A stretch of DNA of 33,110 nucleotides from Bacillota bacterium (GTDB lineage: Bacteria; Bacillota; Limnochordia; JAAZLZ01): positions 1-33,110 of the forward strand of contig JAAZLZ010000138.1 in the NCBI GenBank assembly GCA_012799075.1, written 5' to 3'. Under the pieces are notes generated by a model. It worked only from the letters and a program-made list of their open reading frames with translations, did not search any database and had not been told where the DNA came from. The position numbers were made by a program, and so were the translations under genes. This document shows, piece by piece, positions 16,364-23,800 of this stretch. Positions within the stretch are counted from its first letter, which is position 1, and the number at the start of each line of letters is the position of its first letter.

Positions 16364-17167
16364 TGTGCTGCCCCGACCGAATCAGCTCACCCTGCTATTG
16401 AAGTAGACAACCTTTCCTTCTCCTATTTCAGCAGAAAGGTTCTGGATGGCATCAACATTGTCGTCCCTAAAGGAGTGATCTGCGGCCTTCTTGGCCCCAA
16501 CGGCTCGGGCAAGACCACCCTCCTAAGATGCATCAACGGCCTTAGCCGGCCCCTCGAGGGCCAAGTGCTGATCGATGGGCAATCGGTCCAGTCGATGACG
16601 AGGCGAGAAATCGCCCGCAAAGTGAGCGTTATCCCCCAGCAGTCCAACATTGCCTTCCCCTTCAAAGCCATCGAACTGGTGGTAATGGGCAAGTGTCCGG
16701 AGCTTGAGCATTGGCAGTCCCCCGAGGAAGCCGACTATCTCAGGGCCAAAGAAGTTATGGAGAACCTGGGCATTGGACATTTGGCCCACCGCCGGGTGAC
16801 CGAAATCAGCGGCGGGGAAAGGCAGCTGGTCCTCATTGCCCGGGCTATTTTCCAAGGGGCCGACATCATGCTCCTGGATGAACCAACCGCCCACCTGGAT
16901 TACAGGAACCAGTTCGTCATCTTAAGGGTGGTGCAAGAAGTCGCCCGCCAGAAGAATTTGACCGTCCTCATTACTTTGCACAACCCCAACCTTGCCATTT
17001 ACTACTGCAGCCAGGCGGTCCTCCTCAAGGAGGGCCGAATCGTATCCTTGGGCCCCACCAAGGAGGTTTTTTGCGGCAGGGCCTTGAGCGAACTTTATGA
17101 CATGGACATCGCAATCGCAGATGTGGTGAACCGGAAGTGCCAAGTGGTGCTGCCGTCCGATTGGTAA
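16310..17167 (+). CDS. ABC transporter ATP-binding protein, FepC/BtuD (iron-siderophore/cobalamin) type
   Basis: Walker A GPNGSGKTTLL, signature SGGERQ, Walker B IMLLDEPTAHLD and an H-loop TLHNP. The start was assigned to the TTG at 16310 (7 nt after AAAGGAGG) and is uncertain. There is no ATG/GTG/TTG in frame between 16313 and the conserved IEVDNLSFSY N-terminus. Confidence 0.85.
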   Translation: MPRESWATFHSPAESGFCCAAPTESAHPAIEVDNLSFSYFSRKVLDGINIVVPKGVICGLLGPNGSGKTTLLRCINGLSRPLEGQVLIDGQSVQSMTRREIARKVSVIPQQSNIAFPFKAIELVVMGKCPELEHWQSPEEADYLRAKEVMENLGIGHLAHRRVTEISGGERQLVLIARAIFQGADIMLLDEPTAHLDYRNQFVILRVVQEVARQKNLTVLITLHNPNLAIYYCSQAVLLKEGRIVSLGPTKEVFCGRALSELYDMDIAIADVVNRKCQVVLPSDW

Positions 17168-17194
17168 CAACAATAAATCAAAGGAGATGGAAAG

Positions 17195-18193
17195 ATGAAT
17201 AGGAGGCACTTTAACTGGCGTTGTTTGATGGGTCTGCTTTTGATTATGTCCGTGTTTGTTGGCTTTGCGTCGGCGCAAGGAATAGTGGTGGTGGATGGCC
17301 TTGGCCGGGAAATCAAGCTGGACCAGCCCGCCGAGCGGGTCTATATCAGTTATGGCATTGCCGGCACCATGGTGTATGCCCTTGGAGCCCAAGACAAGCT
17401 GGTGGGCATCGATCCTGAGACCAAAAAGACCGCGGTTTACGTGGCCTGGCCCTCGGGGGGCCGAAGCGAGTTCAACGTTGAAGAAGTCATCGCCCTCGAT
17501 GCCGACTTGATCCTGGTCCCCGGCAGAAATCGCCAGCTGGTGGAGAACCTTGAGGCCCATGGACTAAATGTATTTGGCATTGTGGCAGAAGATTTAAGTC
17601 AGCTGACAGATTCCATGGTCAACCTGGGCAAAGCCCTGGGCAAGGAAGACCGGGCCCAGCAATTCGTAGGCTATTACGATGCTATGGTCCAGCGGATCCA
17701 GCAAAAGACGGCCAACCTGGAAGAATCCCAGCGGCCGAAGGTCTACATGGTGGGCTCAAATCTACTGAGCACCTGCGGCGGGGAAATGTACCAGCACTAC
17801 TTGATCACCTTGGCAGGGGGCCGGAATGTGGTCGGCGCTGAGGGCGCTGGGGCCGAGCGCTGGTTTGAGATCTCCCCTGAGCAAATCGTCAAATGGAACC
17901 CGGATATCATCGTCGTCGTCCAGTATGCCGCGGATACAACCCCCCAAGACATCCTGGCCGATGAGCGCTTTGCCGGGGTGAACGCGGTCCAAAACAACCA
18001 GGTATTTTGGTTCCCCTCCAATTTGATTCCCTGGGACTATCCTTCGCCCCAAGCGATCCTTGGCATCGCCTGGATGGCCAATAAGCTCCATCCCGATCTA
18101 TTTGCCGATCTGGATGTGATGGAGGAGGCCGACGGGTTCTTCCAGATGCTCTATGGCAAGACCTACAGCGAACTTGGCGGCCTCCTTGACTAG
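17195..18193 (+). CDS. ABC transporter substrate-binding protein, FecB/BtuF (cluster A-II, periplasmic binding protein 2) type: SBP1
   Basis: Signal peptide ...LLIMSVFVGFASA-QG. Typical fold landmarks are LVGID, DLILVPG, VFWFPSN and WDYPSPQ. It is a paralogue of the 20381-21406 product. Confidence 0.85.
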   Translation: MNRRHFNWRCLMGLLLIMSVFVGFASAQGIVVVDGLGREIKLDQPAERVYISYGIAGTMVYALGAQDKLVGIDPETKKTAVYVAWPSGGRSEFNVEEVIALDADLILVPGRNRQLVENLEAHGLNVFGIVAEDLSQLTDSMVNLGKALGKEDRAQQFVGYYDAMVQRIQQKTANLEESQRPKVYMVGSNLLSTCGGEMYQHYLITLAGGRNVVGAEGAGAERWFEISPEQIVKWNPDIIVVVQYAADTTPQDILADERFAGVNAVQNNQVFWFPSNLIPWDYPSPQAILGIAWMANKLHPDLFADLDVMEEADGFFQMLYGKTYSELGGLLD

Positions 18194-18204
18194 GGGGTGC
18201 AGGC

Positions 18205-19224
18205 ATGATTTGCAACTACTGCGAATGGAGATGTGACCTGGGGGAGGGCCGCCCTGGGGTGTGCCAGATGTATATTCAGCGGGGGGACCGCATCGAGGAA
18301 AGGCACCCCCACCATTACACCACCTACGCGGCGGTGCACATCGAATCGGTGCCCTTTTTCCACGCCTATCCAGGCAGTCGATCCTTGCAGATCGGAAGCC
18401 GCGGCTGCAACTTCGACTGCCATTACTGCAGCAATGCCTATGTGGCCAAGAGCCTTCCCGATGAGGTCTATACTTTTCATTTGAGCCCGGAGCGGATTGT
18501 GGATGTTGCCAGGAAGACTGGCTGTCACAACATCGTCTTTGCCGTCAATGAACCCATCGTATCCTTCCAATCGCTGATGGAGCTGGCCGACAAGGCAAAG
18601 GCGGCCGGACTGCCCCTTGGCTGTATGACCAACGGCTACATGACCGAGGAAGCTGCCGATGCCCTGGCTGAAAGCTGTGCCTTTGTCAATGTGAGTTTAA
18701 AAGGCTTTAGCCAGGAATTCTACGCCCGCTGCACCGGCATCCCCGATTTCGAGCCGGTGCTGCGAAACATAGGCAAGCTGACAGCTAAGACCCATGTGGA
18801 GGTCACAACGCCAATCATCCAGGATGTCAACGATCAAGACATCATGCCCATCGCGGAGTTTCTCGCGTCGGTCAACGCCAACATCCCCTGGCACGTATTT
18901 CGCCTCCTGCCCGAATACAAGATGAAGGACGAAGCTTATCCCAGCATCGAGCTGATCAATGACAAACTGGAGGAGGCGAGAAGGCTCCTTCCCTACATCT
19001 ATTTCAGCAACTTCGTCGGCTCCACCTGGGTCAGCACCTATTGTCCAAGCTGCGGCGAGAAAGTCATCGAGCGGTTGAACCTAGGGGGATGCGGCGGCAA
19101 AATGATTGATTTCCGCCTTGATGGGGCCAACCGGTGTTTGAACTGTCAAAGCCAAATCCCAATTCAGGGGCGATACGTCAAATGGAACTCGGGAGATGAA
19201 GGGCATGAACTATGCGGTGCTTGA
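18205..19224 (+). CDS. Radical SAM enzyme, COG1180 / AmmeMemoRadiSam-like (PflA-related) family
   Basis: CNFDCHYC is a CxxxCxxC cluster motif, preceded by PFFHAYPGSRSLQIGSRG. An N-terminal Cys-rich segment reads CNYCEWRCDLGEGRPGVC. The C-terminal zinc-ribbon-like segment CPSCGEKVIER...CLNC matches the layout I recall for TIGR04337-type enzymes. Confidence 0.8.
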   Translation: MICNYCEWRCDLGEGRPGVCQMYIQRGDRIEERHPHHYTTYAAVHIESVPFFHAYPGSRSLQIGSRGCNFDCHYCSNAYVAKSLPDEVYTFHLSPERIVDVARKTGCHNIVFAVNEPIVSFQSLMELADKAKAAGLPLGCMTNGYMTEEAADALAESCAFVNVSLKGFSQEFYARCTGIPDFEPVLRNIGKLTAKTHVEVTTPIIQDVNDQDIMPIAEFLASVNANIPWHVFRLLPEYKMKDEAYPSIELINDKLEEARRLLPYIYFSNFVGSTWVSTYCPSCGEKVIERLNLGGCGGKMIDFRLDGANRCLNCQSQIPIQGRYVKWNSGDEGHELCGA

Positions 19225-20362
19225 CGTTCGGGAGTGGGACATCACCATCGATCTAGAAAGGGGAACGCCTATCACCGGTGAGATCCCCGGCCCGGAGAAG
19301 CGAAGGCTCCAGCTTGCCAGGCGGCTCATCAAGGACCATCCATATCCGGGGGACTTCGCCCTGGAAAGCATGGAATGGGTGACCGATGGAGCTTTGAGGC
19401 TATGGAAAGCCTATGATCCGACCTTCATGTTCATCAGCTATGCCCAGCCCCAGATATTAGGCGGGGTCGTGGACATGACCACGGCCGACTGGCGCCGTCT
19501 GATCGACCGGCAATTCCAAAATGTGGACCGCTTCCTGGCCGAATCGGGCTTCACCCCCATTATCATCGGGCTGGGGGACCTGGTTCCCATCGAAGGTTAT
19601 GTTGACCTGTCAAGTTGGGACAGCTACGTTAGGAAGCCCGATCGGCTTTATGCGGGTCTTTATGGCCTGGAGGATGAGGATGACTTTAGTCGGTTGACCA
19701 ACACCCCCGGTGTGGAGCGACTCATCAGCAAGGAGGATTTCATTGCCAACTTCGGGGCCGGCAAGGACTTTGCCCGCCGGCTCCCCGATTACCTGGTCAT
19801 AGCCAAGGAAGGCCATACCTTCAAGACCATGGGCGGCTCCCCCCGGATGGGACTGAAGACGGTGGCCAGGAATTGGCGCATCCCCGTTTATACGCCACTG
19901 GATGATGCCATTCAGTCAATAGTCGACGTTAACGAAGTGGTCTTGCGGAATGCTGGGAAGGAGAGAATTGCCCTCATTGTCTTAGATGGCATAGGAATCG
20001 AAGACTTCCAAGGCCCCCATGAACTTTGCGCCAACAACTTCCATTGGTATACCTACTCCCAAGGGGATGACAGCTATCTAGCCTTGGGCACGGGGAAGCA
20101 CTTTCAATTCAATGATTATCCCCCCGGCTGGCTGAGCTTTGTTGAGGACCCCGAGGACAAAAGATGTCCCCACGATGGATACATCACCAGACTAGTCCCT
20201 GACAGCATCGGCAGCGTCCTCAGAAAGCAGGGGATCTCAAGCGGCGCCGTCGGCAGCAGGAGCACTTTTACTCACCTGGCCAGCGGCGCGGACATCTGTG
20301 TGGAATGCTGCTGCTGTGATTTGTACAACTATGGGACGAAGGCGGTTATCTACACTACTTAG
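19205..20362 (+). CDS. Conserved hypothetical cytoplasmic protein, unrecognised family (paralogue A)
   Basis: 385 aa with no signal peptide or transmembrane segment. It aligns along its full length with the 22504-23652 product, sharing DVREWD, PYPGD.ALES, RIPVYTPL, LDGIG..DF, YPPG, SGADI and LYNYGT. The start was set at ATG 19205 by alignment with the paralogue (MNYAVLDVREWD vs MSYGLIDVREWD). It overlaps the radical SAM gene by 20 nt. Confidence 0.75.
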   Translation: MNYAVLDVREWDITIDLERGTPITGEIPGPEKRRLQLARRLIKDHPYPGDFALESMEWVTDGALRLWKAYDPTFMFISYAQPQILGGVVDMTTADWRRLIDRQFQNVDRFLAESGFTPIIIGLGDLVPIEGYVDLSSWDSYVRKPDRLYAGLYGLEDEDDFSRLTNTPGVERLISKEDFIANFGAGKDFARRLPDYLVIAKEGHTFKTMGGSPRMGLKTVARNWRIPVYTPLDDAIQSIVDVNEVVLRNAGKERIALIVLDGIGIEDFQGPHELCANNFHWYTYSQGDDSYLALGTGKHFQFNDYPPGWLSFVEDPEDKRCPHDGYITRLVPDSIGSVLRKQGISSGAVGSRSTFTHLASGADICVECCCCDLYNYGTKAVIYTT

Positions 20363-20380
20363 ACAAAGGTGGCATAGGAA

Positions 20381-21406
20381 ATGCAAAGACATGTTAAGAA
20401 GTCGGTTTTGCTAGCGGTCGTCCTTGCTCTGTTGGCTGCCTGTTCGGCCTGGGCGGCAGATGTGGTGGTGACCGATGGGCTTGGCCGAGAGGTGGAAATC
20501 ACGCTCCCGGTCAATCGGATTGTCACGAACTATGGCATTGCCACCCATATGCTCTTTGCCCTCGGCGCGGAGGATCGACTAGTCGGCATCGACATGCCCT
20601 CCCAACAGGACAAGTTCTTCAATAGCCTGCGGCCGGAGGTTGGGACCATGGCCAGCGCGGGAAGTCCCAGGGAGCTCAATATCGAGCAGGCCATCGCCCT
20701 AAGGCCGGATTTGCTCTTGGTCCCGGGACGAAACCGCGACCTCATCGAAGGCCTTGAAGCCCGGGGTCTGACGGGTGTTTTCGGTGTTATCGCCGAAGAC
20801 CTGGATCAGCTAAGGACCACTATCGCTAGTTTAGGCAAGGCCCTGGGAGAAGAGGACAAGGCAGAGAAGTTCATCAAGTACTACGATGAAACCTTGGCCT
20901 GCATTGCGGACAGGACAAAGGATCTGGCCGAAGAGGAAAAGCCCCTGGTGTATATTGCCGGCCGGGACGGCCTGCTGTCAACCTGCGGGAAAGACATGTA
21001 TCAACACTCGGTGATTCAAATGGCGGGGGGCAGAAATGCAGGCGGCGACGATAGCCTTGGCGGGGCAGCCCAAGGCTGGTTTAAGGTCTCCCCTGAGCAG
21101 CTGATCAACTGGGACCCTGATTACATCCTGGTTGTCCGCTATGGAGTTGAAGTCACCCCCGAGCAGATTCTGTCCGATCCTCGCTTCCAAGGGGTCAGTG
21201 CAGTCCGCAACGGGCGCGTCCTTTGGTTCCCGTCGAATCTGAACTCATGGGACTTTCCGGCTCCCCAGGCCGTCTTGGGGGTCCAGTGGCTGGCCCGGCT
21301 CCTCCATCCTGACAAATTTGCCGATATGGATCTACAGAAAGATGTGGACGAGTTCTTCCGCACCTTCTACGGGAAGTCCTTTACCGAACTAGGCGGCGAA
21401 ATGTAA
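20381..21406 (+). CDS. ABC transporter substrate-binding protein, FecB/BtuF type: SBP2
   Basis: Signal peptide MQRHVKKSVLLAVVLALLAACSAWA. It is collinear with SBP1 and roughly half the residues look identical by eye (DGLGRE, LVGID, LLLVPGRNRDL, STCGKDMYQH, WFPSNL). Confidence 0.85.
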   Translation: MQRHVKKSVLLAVVLALLAACSAWAADVVVTDGLGREVEITLPVNRIVTNYGIATHMLFALGAEDRLVGIDMPSQQDKFFNSLRPEVGTMASAGSPRELNIEQAIALRPDLLLVPGRNRDLIEGLEARGLTGVFGVIAEDLDQLRTTIASLGKALGEEDKAEKFIKYYDETLACIADRTKDLAEEEKPLVYIAGRDGLLSTCGKDMYQHSVIQMAGGRNAGGDDSLGGAAQGWFKVSPEQLINWDPDYILVVRYGVEVTPEQILSDPRFQGVSAVRNGRVLWFPSNLNSWDFPAPQAVLGVQWLARLLHPDKFADMDLQKDVDEFFRTFYGKSFTELGGEM

Positions 21407-21416
21407 GTGCTCTTCC

Positions 21417-21438
21417 GGGGTCCGTCACTTCGGACCCC
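21417..21438 (+). other. Intercistronic GC-rich hairpin (GGGGTCCG-TCACTT-CGGACCCC) between SBP2 and the permease gene
   Basis: Perfect 8-bp stem read directly from the sequence. There is no U-run afterwards, so it is more likely an mRNA-stability or processing element than a terminator. Confidence 0.4.
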
Positions 21439-21468
21439 GATTGAATTTATGTTCAGGTGGTTGAAGGA

Positions 21469-22485
21469 ATGAAGCGTAATCATGCAATAGCAGCGGCCGC
21501 GATCCTGCTCCTTGCCTGTTTTCTCCTGTCCATGTCCATCGGCCGATATCCTCTGCAGGCAAGGAAGGTAGTGGAACTGATCAAGCTCAAGGTGCAGCTT
21601 CGTGAACCTGATAAGGACATGTTCAATGATTATGTGGTTTTTTGGTCCATCAGGCTGCCCCGGGTCCTAATGGCCTCCTCCGTGGGGGCTGTCCTTGCCA
21701 TTGCGGGTACGGTCTTTCAAGGGCTTTTCCGGAACCCCTTGGTTTCTCCCGATATCCTCGGAGTGTCTGCGGGAGCTGGCTTTGGGGCTGGCCTTGCCAT
21801 CCTGCTCTTTGGCAAATCCGCCGCAGCCATTCAGATTTCGGCCTTTGCCTTCGGTCTCTTAGCGGTATCGGCCGCATATGGGATGAGCCGCTATGCCCGG
21901 AGCCACTCGGTGACCACTCTGGTTTTGTCGGGGGTCATTGTCTCCGCGTTGTTTTCCGCGGGGCTTTCTTTTCTCAAGTATGTGGCCGACCCTTACGAAC
22001 AGCTGCCGGCCATTGTCTTTTGGACCATGGGCAGCTTCAGCAACACCCTGTGGGCTGACTTGGCCAAGACCTTTCCCGCGATGGCTTTCTGCATCGTGGT
22101 CCTGTTTGTCCTCCGTTGGAAGCTCAATGTCTTGACCCTGGGCGATGATGATGCCATGGCGCTGGGAATAGACGTTGCCAAGGCCCGAGGAGTCTACATC
22201 TTCCTTGCCACATTGATGGTGGCATCATCGGTCTCATCCTGCGGGACCATTGGCTGGGTGGGGCTGGTGGTCCCCCACATGGCCCGACTGATTGTGGGCC
22301 CCGATCATACCATCCTGCTGCCCTTTGCCGGCCTTCTCGGTGCAAGCTTTATGGTCCTGATGGACACCCTCGCCCGGAGCATCACCGGCGGCGAGATACC
22401 CATCAGCATCATGACCTCACTCATTGGAGCTCCGTTCCTCGGCTATCTCATGCTGAAGCAAGACAGGGACCAATGGGGAAGTTGA
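21469..22485 (+). CDS. ABC transporter permease, FecCD/BtuC family
   Basis: About 10 predicted transmembrane segments. Family motifs are LPRVLMA..VGA.LA.AG..FQ...RNPL..P..LGVS.GA and a C-terminal GAPFLGYLM. Start is the ATG at 21469 (or the GTG at 21457). Confidence 0.88.
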   Translation: MKRNHAIAAAAILLLACFLLSMSIGRYPLQARKVVELIKLKVQLREPDKDMFNDYVVFWSIRLPRVLMASSVGAVLAIAGTVFQGLFRNPLVSPDILGVSAGAGFGAGLAILLFGKSAAAIQISAFAFGLLAVSAAYGMSRYARSHSVTTLVLSGVIVSALFSAGLSFLKYVADPYEQLPAIVFWTMGSFSNTLWADLAKTFPAMAFCIVVLFVLRWKLNVLTLGDDDAMALGIDVAKARGVYIFLATLMVASSVSSCGTIGWVGLVVPHMARLIVGPDHTILLPFAGLLGASFMVLMDTLARSITGGEIPISIMTSLIGAPFLGYLMLKQDRDQWGS

Positions 22486-22503
22486 TTTAAGGGAGATGAA
22501 AAC

Positions 22504-23652
22504 ATGAGCTACGGCTTGATCGATGTGAGGGAGTGGGATGTTTTCGTCGATTTGACCACCGGGGAGCCGGTAGATCCCCCCGGTCTTGAAATTGAGGGTT
22601 TGGTTCGCGGAATCGTCGGTCGGAACCCCTACCCGGGGGATCTTGCCCTTGAAAGCATCGATTGGGTGACCAGGCTTGCCCTTGAACTCGATCGGGCCTA
22701 CCAGCCCCAATTCATGATGCTCACCTACGCGAACCAGTACTTCCTATCCCGCTATGAAGGGCTTTCGCCCTCCCTTTGGAAGGACACCACCAGCCGCATC
22801 TTTGCCCAGGTCGATGGGTTTGTCCGCACAACCGGGTTCATCCCCATAGTTGTGGGCCTGGGCAGGATGATTCCCCTGCGCCAGTACATCGATCTTAACG
22901 ACCTAGACGGGCTGGTCGTCGCCGGCGGCGGCTCCGCTCATTATGCGGGGATCTTTGCACCCAGCGAGCGGGATCTTGCACGGCTTGGGAGAATGCCGGG
23001 GATCGAGAAAGTAGTGGCCAGGGATGATTTTCTTCGGGAGTTCGGGGGAAGCCCCGACTTCATCAGGCGTTTTCCGGACTATCTTTTGGCAGCCGAGGAA
23101 GGCTCTACTTTCAAGGCTTATGGGGGCATGGCCAGGCCCATGTACAAAATTCCCGCCAAAGACAGCCGCATCCCGGTGTATACTCCCCTATTGGGACATC
23201 TGGTCTCCTTGACTGACATAAAGGGCCTAATCATGGAGGCGATTGCCACGAATCGGGTCGCCCTGATCCTCTTGGAGGGGATCGGCGCTGGGGACTTCCA
23301 GCTCGACTACCGCCTGTGTTCCAACCAGGCCAACTGGTTCACCTACAACCATGGTGAAAGCCACTACCTGGCCATCACTACCGGGAGACATCTCCAGTAC
23401 AATCACTATCCGCCGGGCTATAAGTACTACATCGACGATCACGAAACAAGGGCAAATCCCTATGCTGGGCCTTTCGTTGACACCCCTTCCCACACCATCG
23501 GTCAGGAGCTTAGGCAAAGGGGCCTCAAAAGCGCGGCGGTGGGCAATAGGAGCGTCCTCACCCATATGACTAGCGGCGCCGACATTGCGATTGAATGTCT
23601 GGCCCGGGGCCTGTATAATTACGGCACTCTAGCGGCCTTCAACGTTGACTAA
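22504..23652 (+). CDS. Conserved hypothetical cytoplasmic protein, unrecognised family (paralogue B)
   Basis: 382 aa, full-length paralogue of the 19205-20362 product. RBS AGGGAGA lies upstream of the ATG. No signal peptide or transmembrane segment. Confidence 0.75.
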   Translation: MSYGLIDVREWDVFVDLTTGEPVDPPGLEIEGLVRGIVGRNPYPGDLALESIDWVTRLALELDRAYQPQFMMLTYANQYFLSRYEGLSPSLWKDTTSRIFAQVDGFVRTTGFIPIVVGLGRMIPLRQYIDLNDLDGLVVAGGGSAHYAGIFAPSERDLARLGRMPGIEKVVARDDFLREFGGSPDFIRRFPDYLLAAEEGSTFKAYGGMARPMYKIPAKDSRIPVYTPLLGHLVSLTDIKGLIMEAIATNRVALILLEGIGAGDFQLDYRLCSNQANWFTYNHGESHYLAITTGRHLQYNHYPPGYKYYIDDHETRANPYAGPFVDTPSHTIGQELRQRGLKSAAVGNRSVLTHMTSGADIAIECLARGLYNYGTLAAFNVD

Positions 23653-23682
23653 GTGTACGAACACACATTCGCCCAATTGACC

Positions 23683-23711
23683 TTGACAGCAGGGAAACCG
23701 TCCTGTATACT
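23683..23711 (+). promoter_or_regulatory. Sigma-A promoter (TTGACA-N17-TATACT) for the tRNA pair
   Basis: Exact TTGACA at 23683-23688, a 17-nt spacer, then TATACT at 23706-23711, which is 14 nt upstream of tRNA-Lys. Confidence 0.6.
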
Positions 23712-23724
23712 ATGTTTTGCGAAT

Positions 23725-23799
23725 GGGTCATTAGCTCAGTGGTAGAGCACCGGACTTTTAATCCGGGTGTCGGAGGTTCGAGTCCTCCATGACTCACCA
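23725..23799 (+). tRNA. tRNA-Lys (anticodon UUU), CCA encoded
   Basis: Folded by hand. The acceptor is GGGTCAT/ATGACTC and the D-arm is AGCTCAGTGGTAGAGC. The anticodon stem CCGGA/TCCGG carries loop CTTTTAA, and the T-arm is GGAGGTTCGAGTCCTCC. Terminal ACCA. Confidence 0.92.
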
Positions 23800-23800
23800 T

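Noticed and set aside
16170-16365. A cobalamin riboswitch upstream of the first importer, suggested by an AAGGTGCC start, a GCCACT element and a BtuF-like cargo.
   Set aside because: I could not find the GGGAA/GGTGAAAATCC core or the B12 box (AGCCAGGAGACCTGCC-like). The element is kept only as an unclassified structured leader.
19205-23652. Assigning the two unknown paralogues to the alkaline-phosphatase / nucleotide-pyrophosphatase superfamily on the basis of the LDGIG motif.
   Set aside because: The motif is in the wrong position (C-terminal third), and the nucleophile and His/Asp signature motifs of that superfamily were not recognisable by eye. The family is left open.
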